A stretch of 63,276 nt of DNA, filler included, from Octopus bimaculoides (lineage: Eukaryota), in the NCBI RefSeq assembly GCF_001194135.2. It is 8 parts of 7 records of this genome, joined end to end, with 100 filler letters (N's around TTAATTAATTAA, not from the genome) between each part and the next. Parts side by side here need not be neighbours in the genome. Positions count along the whole stretch, not along the records: positions 34,523 to 56,322 come from NC_068998.1; 7 more parts are not named here. One strand, written 5' to 3'. Shown in pieces: positions 38,177 to 51,089 of this stretch. The position numbers and the translations under genes are program-made. Under the pieces are notes generated by a model. The model saw only the letters and a list, made by a program, of their open reading frames with translations. It had not been told where the DNA came from and did not search any database. Positions within the stretch are counted from its first letter, which is position 1, and every line of letters starts with the position of its first letter.

Positions 38177-38700
38177 TTGGGTCATCCTATAAATAATGCG
38201 TTTTTTTTTTCAATTGCATGAATTAAAAGTCGGAGGGGGACGGGATAAACTATCTGCATCAACTTGCTATAAAAGCAGGCAGTAATTTTATCTTGTCCCT
38301 TATTCTTAGTGCAAGTTTTGAAGAGTGCATTTGATTTTAACAATTATTTTTTCAAAGCTATAATGGAAGTAGCAAAGGAGCATGTTCAGTATATTTTGCA
38401 TTATGAGTTCAAGGCAACGGGAAGTGCGACGAATATTAAAGCAGTATATGGGGATCGGACAATAAGCGTGAGCTAGTGTCAAATGCAATTCCAGAAATAC
38501 CGAGTCAGAAACTACAGCCTAGAAGACAAGCCTCATCCTGGAAGATATGTAAAGCTTGACGAGGACTCCTGCAAACCTTGGTGGAACAAAATCCCATCGT
38601 AACTGTTGAAGAACTAGCAGAGAAGCTTGGATTTGGATTCAACCATTCATCGACACATGTGTGCCATCGGAAAAGCCAGTAAATTTGATCAACGGGTCCG
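38177..38700 (+). mobile_element. Mariner 5' fragment (TIR + degenerate HTH region)
   Basis: TA|TTGGGTCATCCTATAAATAATGCG TIR. ATG at 38363 gives MEVAKEHVQYILHYEF..IKAVYGDRTISV..YSLEDKP.PGR..LVEQNPIVTVEELAEKLGFG with frameshifts. Confidence 0.85.
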
Positions 38701-38712
38701 CGCGCGCGCACA

Positions 38713-38747
<35 letters not shown>

Positions 38748-39568
38748 TTCCAGACAGAAGTTGGTTGTAGATAAACATAGTTCAATACAGTTATGATTGG
38801 GTAAAATTTCAGTACGAATTATTTGCTATTTCTATATAAACACAACACGAAAATAATGTGACTTGGCATAAAAAAAACAAAAAAACTTTTGGCAATCTTC
38901 ACTTGCCATATACACGCGCAACTCTAATTGAAATCAACTTTTTTTCCAGGTTTTAATTTATGATGAGCAAATTTAAAAACCTCATTTTCGTATGAACTTA
39001 AAATAAAATTTTTTCAGAAATCGTACAAAATATATAAAACACCTAAAAAAAAAAACCAATTGCGTGTGATTACGTCGTTTGTCTTCGAAAGAAAGAAAGA
39101 AAAAAAAGGGGTCGTTAAATGAGAAGAAAAATATTTTTTAGACATTTAGCTGTTGTTTCTAATAAATCGAGTTTTCTAGTGAAGGTTTGATACCTTTTCG
39201 TTTGCTGTTTCAGCAGAAATCTGCGCATGCGTAAAACATACGGAGGTTTTAACTTTNNNNNNNNNNNNNNNNNNNNNNNNNNNNNNNNNNNNNNNNNNNN
39301 NNNNNNNNNNNNNNNNNNNNNNNNNNNNNNNNNNNNNNNNNNNNNNNNNNNNNNNNNNNNNNNNNNNNNNNNNNNNNNNNNNNNNNNNNNNNNNNNNNNN
39401 NNNNNNNNNNNNNNNNNNNNNNNNNNNNNNNNNNNNNNNNNNNNNNNNNNNNNNNNNNNNNNNNNNNNNNNNNNNNNNNNNNNNNNNNNAATGTATGCGA
39501 GAACAAGGACGAAAAAATAATGGAGAAATGTTACACAGCTAAAAATACAAACAGCAAGACAATATATA

Positions 39569-39823
39569 TTGAGTTGGTGCATAATTATTGCGGCATTTTT
39601 TTTTTCCAACAAATTTTATTCAACAAAAACAATGACAATATTTAACAAAAATATCTTTAAATGACGGTCTGACCGTCTGCCAAGCAAATGGGAAGCAGTA
39701 ATTGAAGTAGATGGTGAATATGCTCCGGAATAATCACTTAAAGATGTTTTTGTTACATGTTGTCTTTGTTGAGTAAAATTTGTTGAAAAAAAAAAAAGCC
39801 GCAATAATTATGCACCAACTCAA
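39569..39823 (+). mobile_element. 255-bp mariner-derived MITE
   Basis: TIR TTGAGTTGGTGCATAATTATTGCGG at both ends with TA flanks. Retains the last transposase codons DRLPSKWEAVIEVDGEYAPE* (39671-39733). Confidence 0.88.
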
Positions 39824-41689
39824 TATATATTGTCTTGCTGTTTGTATTTTTAGCTGTGTAACATTTCTCCATTATTTTTTCGTCCTTGTTCTCGCATACA
39901 TTCGCTTGCTTTCTTCCAAAGAATCTAGTGCTCTTAGCTCAGATTTTCTTGGGGCCGGCCAGATTGGAGCAGTCTTGAGTGTAACCGGCCAAAACTGCAA
40001 AGATGATCTGGAACTCGACTGACGATGGAAAGCTCCGAATGACCCTTCCTTGTATTTTCCTGTCCTTCTTTGTATCGCCTAACTGTCTATGTATTGTTGT
40101 CGCCTGTATATNNNNNNNNNNNNNNNNNNNNNNNNNNNNNNNNNNNNNNNNNNNNNNNNNNNNNNNNNNNNNNNNNNNNNNNNNNNNNNNNNNNNNNNNN
40201 NNNNNNNNNNNNNNNNNNNNNNNNNNNNNNNNNNNNNNNNNNNNNNNNNNNNNNNNNNNNNNNNNNNNNNNNNNNNNNNNNNNNNNNNNNNNNNNNNNNN
40301 NNNNNNNNNNNNNNNNNNNNNNNNNNNNNNNNNNNNNNNNNNNNNNNNNNNNNNNNNNNNNNNNNNNNNNNNNNNNNNNNNNNNNNNNNNNNNNNNNNNN
40401 NNNNNNNNNNNNNNNNNNNNNNNNNNNNNNNNNNNNNNNNNNNNNNNNNNNNNNNNNNNNNNNNNNNNNNNNNNNNNNNNNNNNNNNNNNNNNNNNNNNN
40501 NNNNNATATGTGGAAAGAAGAAATCTACTACCACGCAGGGAAAAATATAGGAGGATTTGTTTTGGGGTTTGAAAATGAACCTGAATCAAAAAAATGTGTA
40601 GTCGTTTTAAAATAAAGTTATTCACATACCAAACTAGTTCCGACAATTTTTTGCTTATCAATGGTACGAATATATAAAAAAAGGTGGGGGTTAGGAGATC
40701 TTAAAGTTACAAGGTAAAAATTGAACAAACATGTTTAAACCGTCAAATGTTCAAATGTTCACAGAAATTTCAGTGAGTTTCACAAGAATAGATTGTAATA
40801 TCGCTGCAAATGTTCGGCGAAGATCATAACAAATGTACATTATTGAAAGTTCATTCATACTGAGTTTTTATAAAATAAGTGCAGAAGAAAGAGAAAAAGG
40901 TGGAGAGAAAGCAAAAAAGAAGTTTGTTTTTTACAATTTCTGTCGTGGTGCATGTAGTCCTTTTTTCAATTTCAGCCTCAGTGTACTAGTCACTTCACCA
41001 TTCACTGCTTGTTGGAGTTGAGAGTAGTATGAGCCGTCCAATCTTTTAGTATATAACATGTAGCTTTACAGAAAATGGTCTAATTTTTGATTGGTTATAA
41101 TTTTGATGACAGTTTATCCTTTTTCTTGTGTGGGTTGTGATAAGAATACTTTCACTTTGGCAGTGTAGTGTTTTAGTTGGTTAACAAGAAACAAGTTCCG
41201 ACTGCCTGTGATTTTCATGATATCACTTTGTTTTGAACAAAAATATTTTCCGTTCTGGGCAAAATACAATCTTATTTCTACCTTTATTTGTTTTTAATCT
41301 TTACGTGTCCTCAACAAAGACACTATTATCGTGATCACCAGGGCTATTACACCAATCTTGTTTATTAACTTGACATTACTTCTTATCTTTATGATTTGTA
41401 ATATTTTAAACGATTGATTCGTTGCCCCAAATCACCCGATAAGGTGGTGATTTGACTGAGTCATGGCTGTATGATAAAGAAGTTCGCTTCGCAACCTCGT
41501 GGTTTCCAGGTTCGATCTACTTTACAGGCAGTATTTTCGATAGTTGTCCAATATTCTTGTGTCCGAGCGGTCAATATCTACTGAGTAGGACTGGGTAGTC
41601 GAAAAGTGTGACCAAGCTCGTCATGATGCCTTGTTCATCATCAAAAATCCTTCAAATAGAAAGCCAGAATTATATAAGAAAAAGCTCCA

Positions 41690-42000
41690 CCAGTTCTTGG
41701 ATTTAATATTTTTATTGAAACAGAGCATAACACAGTTAATTTTTTAGACGTGAATTTTAACCTTGTTTCAGGCAAATATGCGCCATACCATAAGCCTCAC
41801 TCCAAAATCACCTAAATCAATACAAAAGATTATTATTCTAAGTCAATTACTAATTGTTTAGTAATAACATCGAAAAGACAGTAAATTACCTCTCATCTAG
41901 CCAAGATGTCTTTGACGATATCAATGAATTATATGATATTGCACTGGAAAAAGCAGGATTTAAACAGAAAATTGAATATATTAAGCATTGTTCATATACG
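41690..42000 (+). mobile_element. Penelope-like element RT C-terminal remnant
   Basis: GFNIFIETEHNTVNFLDVNFNLVSGKYAPYHKP...(frameshift) NNIEKTVNYLSSSQDVFDDINELYDIALEKAGFKQKIEY. Confidence 0.8.
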
Positions 42001-42127
42001 ATTAATAGTAAACATAAACTTGTGCAAGAAGGTAAACATAACTTAGATAAGAATAAGCTAAGGACTCAACCTACGTTTAATACAATAAATACTGATAAAC
42101 CTGCTTATAGATTACACAATGACTATA

Positions 42128-42430
42128 CACGGGTTGGACAAAATAATGGAAACACCTTAAAATTTCAAACAAATTTATTTTAATATGGGGTAAGACCGCC
42201 TTTGGCACTAATTACAGCTTGAATTCTACGAGGTAAGGACTCGTACAAAGTTTGAATTGTTTCCAAAGGAATTTTTGTCCATTCTTCGGCTAAAACAGTC
42301 TCCAGTTCTTGTAGTGATGATGGTGGAGGATATCGACTCTTTACTTGTTTTTCTAAAATACACCATAAATGTCCAATGATATTGAGATCTGAAGATTGTG
42401 GTGGCCAGATAAGATGTTCAACTTCTCCAA
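42128..42430 (-). mobile_element. Tc1 transposon 3' end (transposase C-terminus + TIR)
   Basis: WPPQSSDLNIIGHLW...LPRRIQAVISAKGGLTPY*, AATAAA next to the stop, terminal TA|CACGGGTTGGACAAAATAATGGAAACACC. Confidence 0.9.
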
Positions 42431-45400
42431 TCACGTTAGTGTTTTGTTGTTTAAGCCAAAGCAAAGCTTCATCGAGTCAACCTATAATCAAACACATTGA
42501 ACCCGCGACTACCTTTCGCCTTTTGCTTGTTTTAGACATTTGGCTGCGGCCATGCTGGGACACCGCCTTCAAAGGTTCAGTCAAACAAACCGACTCCAGT
42601 ACTTATCTTTTCATATCTAATACTTATTCCGTCGGTGTGTCTCTAGGCGAACTGCTAAGTTACGAGGACGTAAACAAGCCAACGCCGGTTATCATGTGGT
42701 GTGAGAACAAACGCAATCACAAAGATCCACACACACATACACATAAACACAACACACAGACACATCCACATGACAGGCTGCCACACAGTTTCCATCCATC
42801 AAGTTCACTCCCAAGGCACTGGTCTGCTGGTGACTATAGTAGAAGACCCACTTGTCATAGTTACCTTACAGTGGGATTGAACCTGAAGCCACGTGGTTAC
42901 AAAGCGAGCTTCTTAACCACACATCTGTGCCTGCGTTGATTTTTTTTCTTCCTTTTTTTTTTGTGTCTACCTACTAAGATAGTAGGGCGTGTGATCTGAG
43001 GGAGATTTAGTTGCTATTTTTGACAGGTCCAATGACCACGTCGTACAGTGTTTCTTCAGGACTTCTGACTGGTCCAGTCCAGTGTTTTGATAAAACATAG
43101 AATCAGCGTACGATGTGTCTTGAGGGAGATTTAGCTGCTATTTTGTGATACATCCAATGACCACATACGAGCTGGGTACCCAAAAGTAACCGGAAACGTT
43201 CTCTGTGAGACATACCCGTGAGACATATACTGAAAATACCAGATAATCAAGGTTGAAACATATTTGGATACTTGCCAATTTTTCTATATTTATTTATCAA
43301 AAGAATTGGCGAGTAAAAAAGAAGTCTGGCACAAGGACTGCAATTTCAGGGACGGACGTAGTTCGATTATATTAAACACGGTGCTCTAACGGATACTTAA
43401 ATGAAAGGTAAACTCGACCTCGGCTGTGTTTGATCTCAGAGGGTAAAGACAGACGAAATACCGCTAAGCATTTCGCCCAGCGTGCCAACGTTTCTGCCAA
43501 ATCGCTGCCTTGCAAATTCTTCTAATAATAATATTAATTGAAAAAAATACTAGAACAATGAAAAGGCATTAAAAGGAATTCTTTATTTATAAATAAATTC
43601 GATTTTCGATTGGTTTATTTCTGCCCAGCATCATAGCAGACTTGGAATTACTGTGCTGGTTGCTATTCAACTTTAGGTTCCAAGATCAGTTTGCGCTCCA
43701 TTTACCACGAAGCGCTTCAGAGAAACCTGACAAATAAAGCATAAAGTACATGTGTTGGTTATTTTTGAGGTTATTGACTGTTTCCTATAAATCTTTCCTC
43801 GACCAACCAGGCATTTAAGTGTTCTTCATAAATTATTGATGTTTCTCAATTCCTTTCCTGTATCCTGAAGCAATCGGCATCAATACAAGATGTACTGGCG
43901 ATTTGAGCTTCTTTTTTCCTCTTTTTTAATTATGTGACTTGGTTAAGTTCAAGAGGTTAAACTTTCTCCATCTAAACACCAGAAAGCGGAGAAGATTGAT
44001 CCCTTAAGAAAAGCAATTTATGACTCACAACATTCATTATAGCCAGCATAGCTAGAACTAGTAATAACAAGGCACTAAATTTACAAAATCAGTAGAGCGC
44101 CAGACCAAGTAAATGCCACGTGACATTTAGTTGCATATCATTCATTAGATTCTGAGTAAGGTTGTGAGCTGGTAGAATCCTCACTGCCCGGATAAAATAG
44201 TTAACAGCATTTCTTCCGGCGCTTTATGTTCTGAGTTGAAATACAGCAGAGATCGACTTTGTCCATCCTTTCGGAGTCGACAAAATAAAGTACCAGTTGA
44301 GTACTGGGGTCGGTGTTATTAACTGGTCCCTAACTCACAAATAAATTTCAGGCATTTTTCCAATAATAGAAAGGACTCATTAGTTTCTGCGTTCAGGCGG
44401 TGAGCTGGCATAAATTGCTAGCGAGTGGGACAAAATGCTTAGCTGCATTTCTGTGTAAGTATGTATGTACGTGTACGTATGTATGTATGTAAATGGATAT
44501 AGATGCATACATATATATTGTGTAAGTGTGTATGTATGTATGTATTATGTGGAGGCGCAATGGCCCAGTGGTTAAGGCAGCGGACTCGCGGTCATNNNNN
44601 NNNNNTCATAGCAGACTTGGAATTACTGTGCTGGTTGCTATTCAACTTTAGGTTCCAAGATCAGTTTGCGCTCCATTTACCACGAAGCGCTTCAGAGAAA
44701 CCTGACAAATAAAGCATAAAGTACATGTGTTGGTTATTTTTGAGGTTATTGACTGTTTCCTATAAATCTTTCCTCGACCAACCAGACAGTCGTTCGTTCA
44801 AGTGTTTCTTCATAAATTATTGATGTTTCTCAATTCCTTTCCTGTATCCTGAAGCAATCGGCATCAATACAAGATGTACTGGCGATTTGAGCTTCTTTTT
44901 TCCTCTTTTTTAATTATGTGACTTGGTTAAGTTCAAGAGGTTAAACTTTCTCCATCTAAACACCAGAAAGCGGAGAAGATTGATCCCTTAAGAAAAGCAA
45001 TTTATGACTCACAACATTCATTATAGCCAGCATAGCTAGAACTAGTAATAACAAGGCACTAAATTTACAAANNNNNNNNNNNNNNNNNNNNNNNNNNNNN
45101 NNNNNNNNNNNNNNNNNNNNNNNNNNNNNNNNNNNNNNNNNNNNNNNNNNNNNNNNNNNNNNNNNNNNNNNNNNNNNNNNNNNNNNNNNNNNNNNNNNNN
45201 NNNNNNNNNNNNNNNNNNNNNNNNNNNNNNNNNNNNNNNNNNNNNNNNNNNNNNNNNNNNNNNNNNNNNNNNNNNNNNNNNNNNNNNNNNNNNNNNNNNN
45301 NNNNNNNNNNNNNNNNNNNNNNNNNNNNNNNNNNNNNNNNNNNNNNNNNNNNNNNNNNNNNNNNNNNNNNNNNNNNNNNNNNNNNNNNNNNNNNNNNNNN

Positions 45401-45875
45401 NNNNNNNNNNNNNNNNNNNNNNNNNNNNNNNNNNNNNNNNNNNNNNNNNNNNNNNNNNNNNNNNNNNNNNNNNNNNNNNNNNNNNNNNNNNNNNNNNNNN
45501 NNNNNNNNNNNNNNNNNNNNNNNNNNNNNNNNNNNNNNNNNNNNNNNNNNNNNNNNNNNNNNNNNNNNNNNNNNNNNNNNNNNNNNNNNNNNNNNNNNNN
45601 NNNNNNNNNNNNNNNNNNNNNNNNNNNNNNNNNNNNNNNNNNNNNNNNNNNNNNNNNNNNNNNNNNNNNNNNNNNNNNNNNNNNNNNNNNNNNNNNNNNN
45701 NNNNNNNNNNNNNNNNNNNNNNNNNNNNNNNNNNNNNNNNNNNNNNNNNNNNNNNNNNNNNNNNNNNNNNNNNNNNNNNNNNNNNNNNNNNNNNNNNNNN
45801 NNNNNNNNNNNNNNNNNNNNNNNNNNNNNNNNNNNNNNNNNNNNNNNNNNNNNNNNNNNNNNNNNNNNNNNNNNG

Positions 45876-46112
45876 GATGGTGGCGAACCCTGCTGTACTC
45901 TTTCACCACAACTTTCTCTCACTCTTACTTCCTGTTTCTGTTGTACCTGTAATTCAAAGGATCACACTGTGTCACGCTGAATATCCCCGAGAACTACGTT
46001 AAGGGTACACGTGTCTGTGGAGTGCTCAGCCACTTGCACGTTAATTACACGAGCAGGCTGTTCCGTTGATCGGATCAACTGGAACCCTCGACGTCGTAAG
46101 CGACGGAGTGCC
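45876..46112 (+). mobile_element. 3' part of a related tRNA-SINE, followed by (TATG)n
   Basis: GAGCAGGCTGTTCCGTTGATCGGATCAACTGGAA..CGACGGAGTGC is shared with 25583-25650. A related head lies at 44549-44595. Confidence 0.8.
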
Positions 46113-46684
46113 TATGTATGTATGTATGTATGTATGTATGTATGTATGTATGTGTATGTATGTATGTATGTATGTATGTATGTAGGCGTGCGTATGTGTG
46201 TATGCATGTTTATGTGTGTATATGTGAGTGTGCATGTATCTGTGCATATGTTGTTTGGTATGATGTATTTTTTAATTCCCTTTTATTGGATTCTTAATAA
46301 AGTTGTCGTCTCTTCTATAATTAGCCTACATTTAATTCATCGCTCTATCCTTTGTGAATGGTTTGTGTATTTTTAACGTGTGTAATGTCTAATGTTATTT
46401 TTGCATGGTATTTCTACCTCAATTCTTCCGCGGCTTAGTCTGCTAGTCTTTTAGAATCTCCCATGTTAATGGGTGTTTGTTTTCTTCTCTGGATTTCTTT
46501 ATTTAATGCCACGTTTATAAAAAGACAATCTAAATGCGCTTCTAAGCAGGGATTTTATTATCGACATTTTGTAACTGTGTGGATATTGACTGTCTCCGTA
46601 CAGTGACATATGTTTGTTTGTGTCTTTGGCGTACATGGACGTGATGTGTCCATTATTTTACGAAGTATGAAATTATGAAATTAT

Positions 46685-46727
<43 letters not shown>

Positions 46728-46940
46728 ACATCTAGACAGCGAGCTGGTAGAATCGTTAGCACGCCGGGCGAAAAGCTTAGCGGTATTTCGCCCTTCCACT
46801 ACGTTATGAGTTCAGATACAGGGTCGAAAGTGCCAGCCGCGTACTGGGGTCGATCCAATCGACTGGTTCCCCCCACCCAAAATTTCAGGCCTTATGCCTA
46901 TAGTAGAAAGGATTATCATCCTCATATTCATCATCTAGAC

Positions 46941-47228
46941 CAGGGGTTTTCAAACTGTGGTCCGCGGACCACAGGGGGTCCCCAAGGACAAGACAGGGGG
47001 TCCGTGGACAACAAATACTTTTTATGGGCAATTTGATTTTATATGTTTTTTAATCGAAATCTTTTAATAAACCTATTTGTTAAATACTGTTAAATAAATA
47101 AATGTAAAAATATATGTTATTTTAAGCAAATATTTATGTATAAATTTCATAAGCGTTTATAAGGGGGTCCCTAAGGTAAAGCCTGAAATATAAAGAGGTC
47201 CGCAAGTCAAAAAGTTTGAAAACCCCTG
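46941..47228. mobile_element. 288-bp hAT-Charlie-like MITE
   Basis: 16-bp TIR CAGGGGTTTTCAAACT and a perfect 8-bp TSD ATCTAGAC (46933-46940, 47229-47236), fitting the NTCTAGAN target preference. Confidence 0.92.
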
Positions 47229-47342
47229 ATCTAGACCAAAGGTTCTCAACGGGGGCTATTAAGTACCAGTGAAAGACTGGGTCCATGTAATTGATTAGTT
47301 CCCTCCCCTAAAATTTCAGGCCTTGTACCTATAGTAGAAAAG

Positions 47343-47391
<49 letters not shown>

Positions 47392-48216
47392 AGACAGCGA
47401 GCTGGCAGAATCGTTAGCACGCGGAGCAAGATGCTTTTGCGGCATTTCATCCGTCTCTTACGTTCTGAGTTCAAAGTCCGCCGAGGTCAACTTTGCCTTT
47501 CATCCTTTCAGGGACGGTAAAGTAATTGCTTATTGAACACTGGGATTGATGCAATCGACTCACCCCCATCCCCGACTCCTCGATCTTGCTGGCTTTATAA
47601 TTGTTTCAAATTGTAAATAATTTGAAACAATATTAAGTCAGTTGTGGTTATTTCATTTGCGTAAAACGTATACAGGAGCCGGGGTTGTATTCTTCTCTAA
47701 CGAGAAGGCCCCTATTCATGTGTTTATCATTAATTAGTTTATTGAGTTTGATTTTTAATTGGTTATTCTGGGTTTTTATAAATTTGTTTTATGTCTTTGT
47801 GTAAATCATTAATTTTTGCATTATATTTGTATCTCTTCATTATTAAGTGCAAGTTAGTTTTCTCACGCTCACACACTAACACACACGCACTCACAGAAAC
47901 ACTGAGAGAGAGAGGGGGGGAGAGAGAGACAGACAGACAGACAGAGGTTGGTACATAAATACATTCGTGGATATGTATAAATATTTGTATATACTTGTGT
48001 CTTCTTCGTACATACGCATAGACACACACGCGTACATGCACACGTATGTACGTATGTATATTTGTATGTATGTGTGTGTGTGTAATGGACAGACATGGAC
48101 TTTATCTATTGATCATGTGTATATATATGCGTCTATATATCTATATATCTATATCTATCTACACACACACATACGTACACGTACACGCACATGCTTGTAT
48201 GTGTGTATGTGTGTGT

Positions 48217-48282
<66 letters not shown>

Positions 48283-49915
48283 AGAAAGTGAGATAATTAT
48301 CTTTCTCACTTATCACTCAGTGTATCTGATTAAAAATACGCCAGATTTGCGAATGTGAATATTTTCAGAAACTACAAAGCTACATTAACCGAATTGTATG
48401 AGAAAATAAAAATAACTAACACTGACAGGCAGAATCAATACAAAAGAGCTTTGTCATTTCTAAACTAGCGTTAATTTATTTTGTTTAGTAAGCACTAAAA
48501 AAAAAAATCCAATAAGAATTATTTACGCAGTGAGAAAAAGACAACACTAACCCAATAACTAATATTTTTTTTTTAATTATGAAACTGAAGTAGTTCAAGA
48601 TAAAAAAAAAAATCTTTATTTGTATGACATACTTAGCGTATGTCGTAGAAGAGCCGGTAGCGGCAGTATTCGTCCGAGAAAAGATTCAAAACACAATAGG
48701 CTTCAGAACTAGGCGAAACGAAATCATCCCGGAAACGGCCGCGAAAGTGACAGATGTGCCTGTCAACGTTTTTGTAGCTTATCAATGTCATGCACACGCG
48801 TCATTTGTGACACAAAAATCATACCGGCTACTATAACGAAGATAAAGTAAGGGAAACAACTCCAGACGTGCTTCAGTTTTTATTAAACCTGCTTAACAAA
48901 GCATAATCTTTTCTGCATTTACCATACTTAGGTTTTCAGTTCAAATACCAAACTAGACTGATTTTCCCTTTCAGACTTTCAAAATTGGTGCAATAACTAC
49001 CTATCAAATATTTGGGAAAAATTTTGACTGCCGTCATTCCCATATTTAAGACCTTCTGCCTATGTCAATAATTCTTAAAATCATTAAGGCATTTGAAAGC
49101 ACAAGATTAAGATAATCGTTAGAGCGACGGATAATATACCTTCTGGTATTAGTTCAGGCTCTTTACAATTTTTACAGATAATTTGCATTATTTAAACCTG
49201 CGACCATGCCGAAGTGCCGCCTTAATAGATGTTAGTTGAAGAAATCAACACTAGGATATTTTCTTTGTTAGCCTAGTAGTTATCCTATCGTTCTTTTTTG
49301 CTGAATCGCTAAGTTACGGGGATATAAACACACCAGCATCAGTTGTCAAACGATGGTGGGGGGACAAACACAGACACACACATACACACACAAATATATA
49401 TGTAAGTAGAGTTAGCAGTTGGGATAACCATCTAAGGGATAAGAATATCCGTTCTTACAACCGGTATCAATTACCTATTTTAACCCTGGGCATGGGTATG
49501 CAAGCACACTATGCTCATAGGGTACAGGTAATAACAGAATAAAGAAGAGTTTATCATGAATGAAATTTATAATAAGCAGAAAATGGAGAACACTTTTAAT
49601 CAGCAAACAAACAAATTGACCAACATCGGTTAATCATTTTTCAATACAAAGCTTAACATTGCTTACGGCCGTTTCGGCTACCAGTGCCTACAAAGAAAAT
49701 TCCGAAAATAATAATATTCGTCATCTTTATAGTACATTCGATCTAGTACATGGAGCTTCATCAGAATGAATACAAATACATAAAATAAAAGAGAGGTAGT
49801 TGGAGTATAATATGGATGATAGAACGGAATCTTTCACAGCCATTGGATCCCGTATAACAATTAAAGACCATAAGGACAATTACCTAAGTAATACACAAAT
49901 CAGATACTGGTATCG

Positions 49916-49916
<1 letters not shown>

Positions 49917-49948
<32 letters not shown>

Positions 49949-50080
49949 ATTGTTGTTATTGTTGTTATTGTTGTTGTTGTTGTTGTTGTTCTTCTTCTTC
50001 TTCTTCTTCTTCTTCTTCTTCTTCTTCTTCTCTCTCTCTCTCTCTCTCTCTCTCCCTCTTCCCCCTCTCTCTCTCTCTCT
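49917..50080. repeat. Compound (TTG)n(TTC)n(TC)n microsatellite
   Basis: Direct reading. Many more (TG)n, (TA)n, (AG)n, (TATG)n and (TTA)n tracts occur throughout the window. Confidence 0.97.
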
Positions 50081-50529
50081 GACCTTCTTCTTTGACTATT
50101 TCTCTCCGGAAGAAAACGGTAGTTCAAACCTAGAGAAGGGATGGATTTAAGCTACCCAAGACATACCATATATTCCTCGCATATGGAACATGGCTACACG
50201 GCAGACTAATTCTGTTGCACAGTAGATACTAGTTACATCTTTACAAATTAAAACCTAACCAGATTCAATAATCTTATCCGAGAAAAAGAATAAAAAAACA
50301 TTTTTTTGTTGAAAACTTATCTTTGACTTAAATGCCTCGATTATATAAATGTAAATATAATTGTCCATCAACGATACGGGAGAGGTATAGCGAACATACA
50401 TACATACATACATACATACATACATACATACATACATCTAGGTTAGAAACTGGCTCTTTCTCTATTGGCAAGAAATCTTGAAATAAAACCGAATAATGAC
50501 ATACATACATACATACACACACGCATACA

Positions 50530-50632
<103 letters not shown>

Positions 50633-51089
50633 GCGCGCGCATGCATTTTTTAATGCTCTTTTTCGGTTCCCGTTATCGAATTTCAATCGGACCGAGGCTC
50701 CGCCTTCAATGGTTTTCTTCGATTATATCGATCCCAGCATTTTTTTTTATAATACTTACTTTATCGATCTCTATTTACTGAATGGCTAATTTCTCTTTCC
50801 GCATAAATGAACATCACTCAACAAAATTACTTTTCATCGCCGCCCTGATTCACTACGTCACACACATACCCACACGCCCTCCACCCCAACACACATACAC
50901 ACACGCACTCACACATACACACACAGGCGCACACACTCACACATACATGCTCACATCCGAATGCGCGCATATTTGGTTCTAGAAATGAAGGAAATGCATG
51001 TAGTAAAATAGACATCAATGTATCATACATAAAGTATAAACACCATCGATAGGTCTGAGATAACATCTCTTTTACACGTGCTATGTTAA

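Noticed and set aside
43631-45071. ~465-bp direct duplication (43631-44089 and 44606-45071)
   Set aside because: The second copy is bounded by N gaps on both sides and is nearly identical, so it is most likely a haplotype or assembly duplicate.
49660-49695. Third hammerhead candidate (minus strand GGC..GCC-GAAACGGCCGTA)
   Set aside because: The CUGANGA core and stem I are missing; at best a decayed relic. The same applies to 8621-8650.
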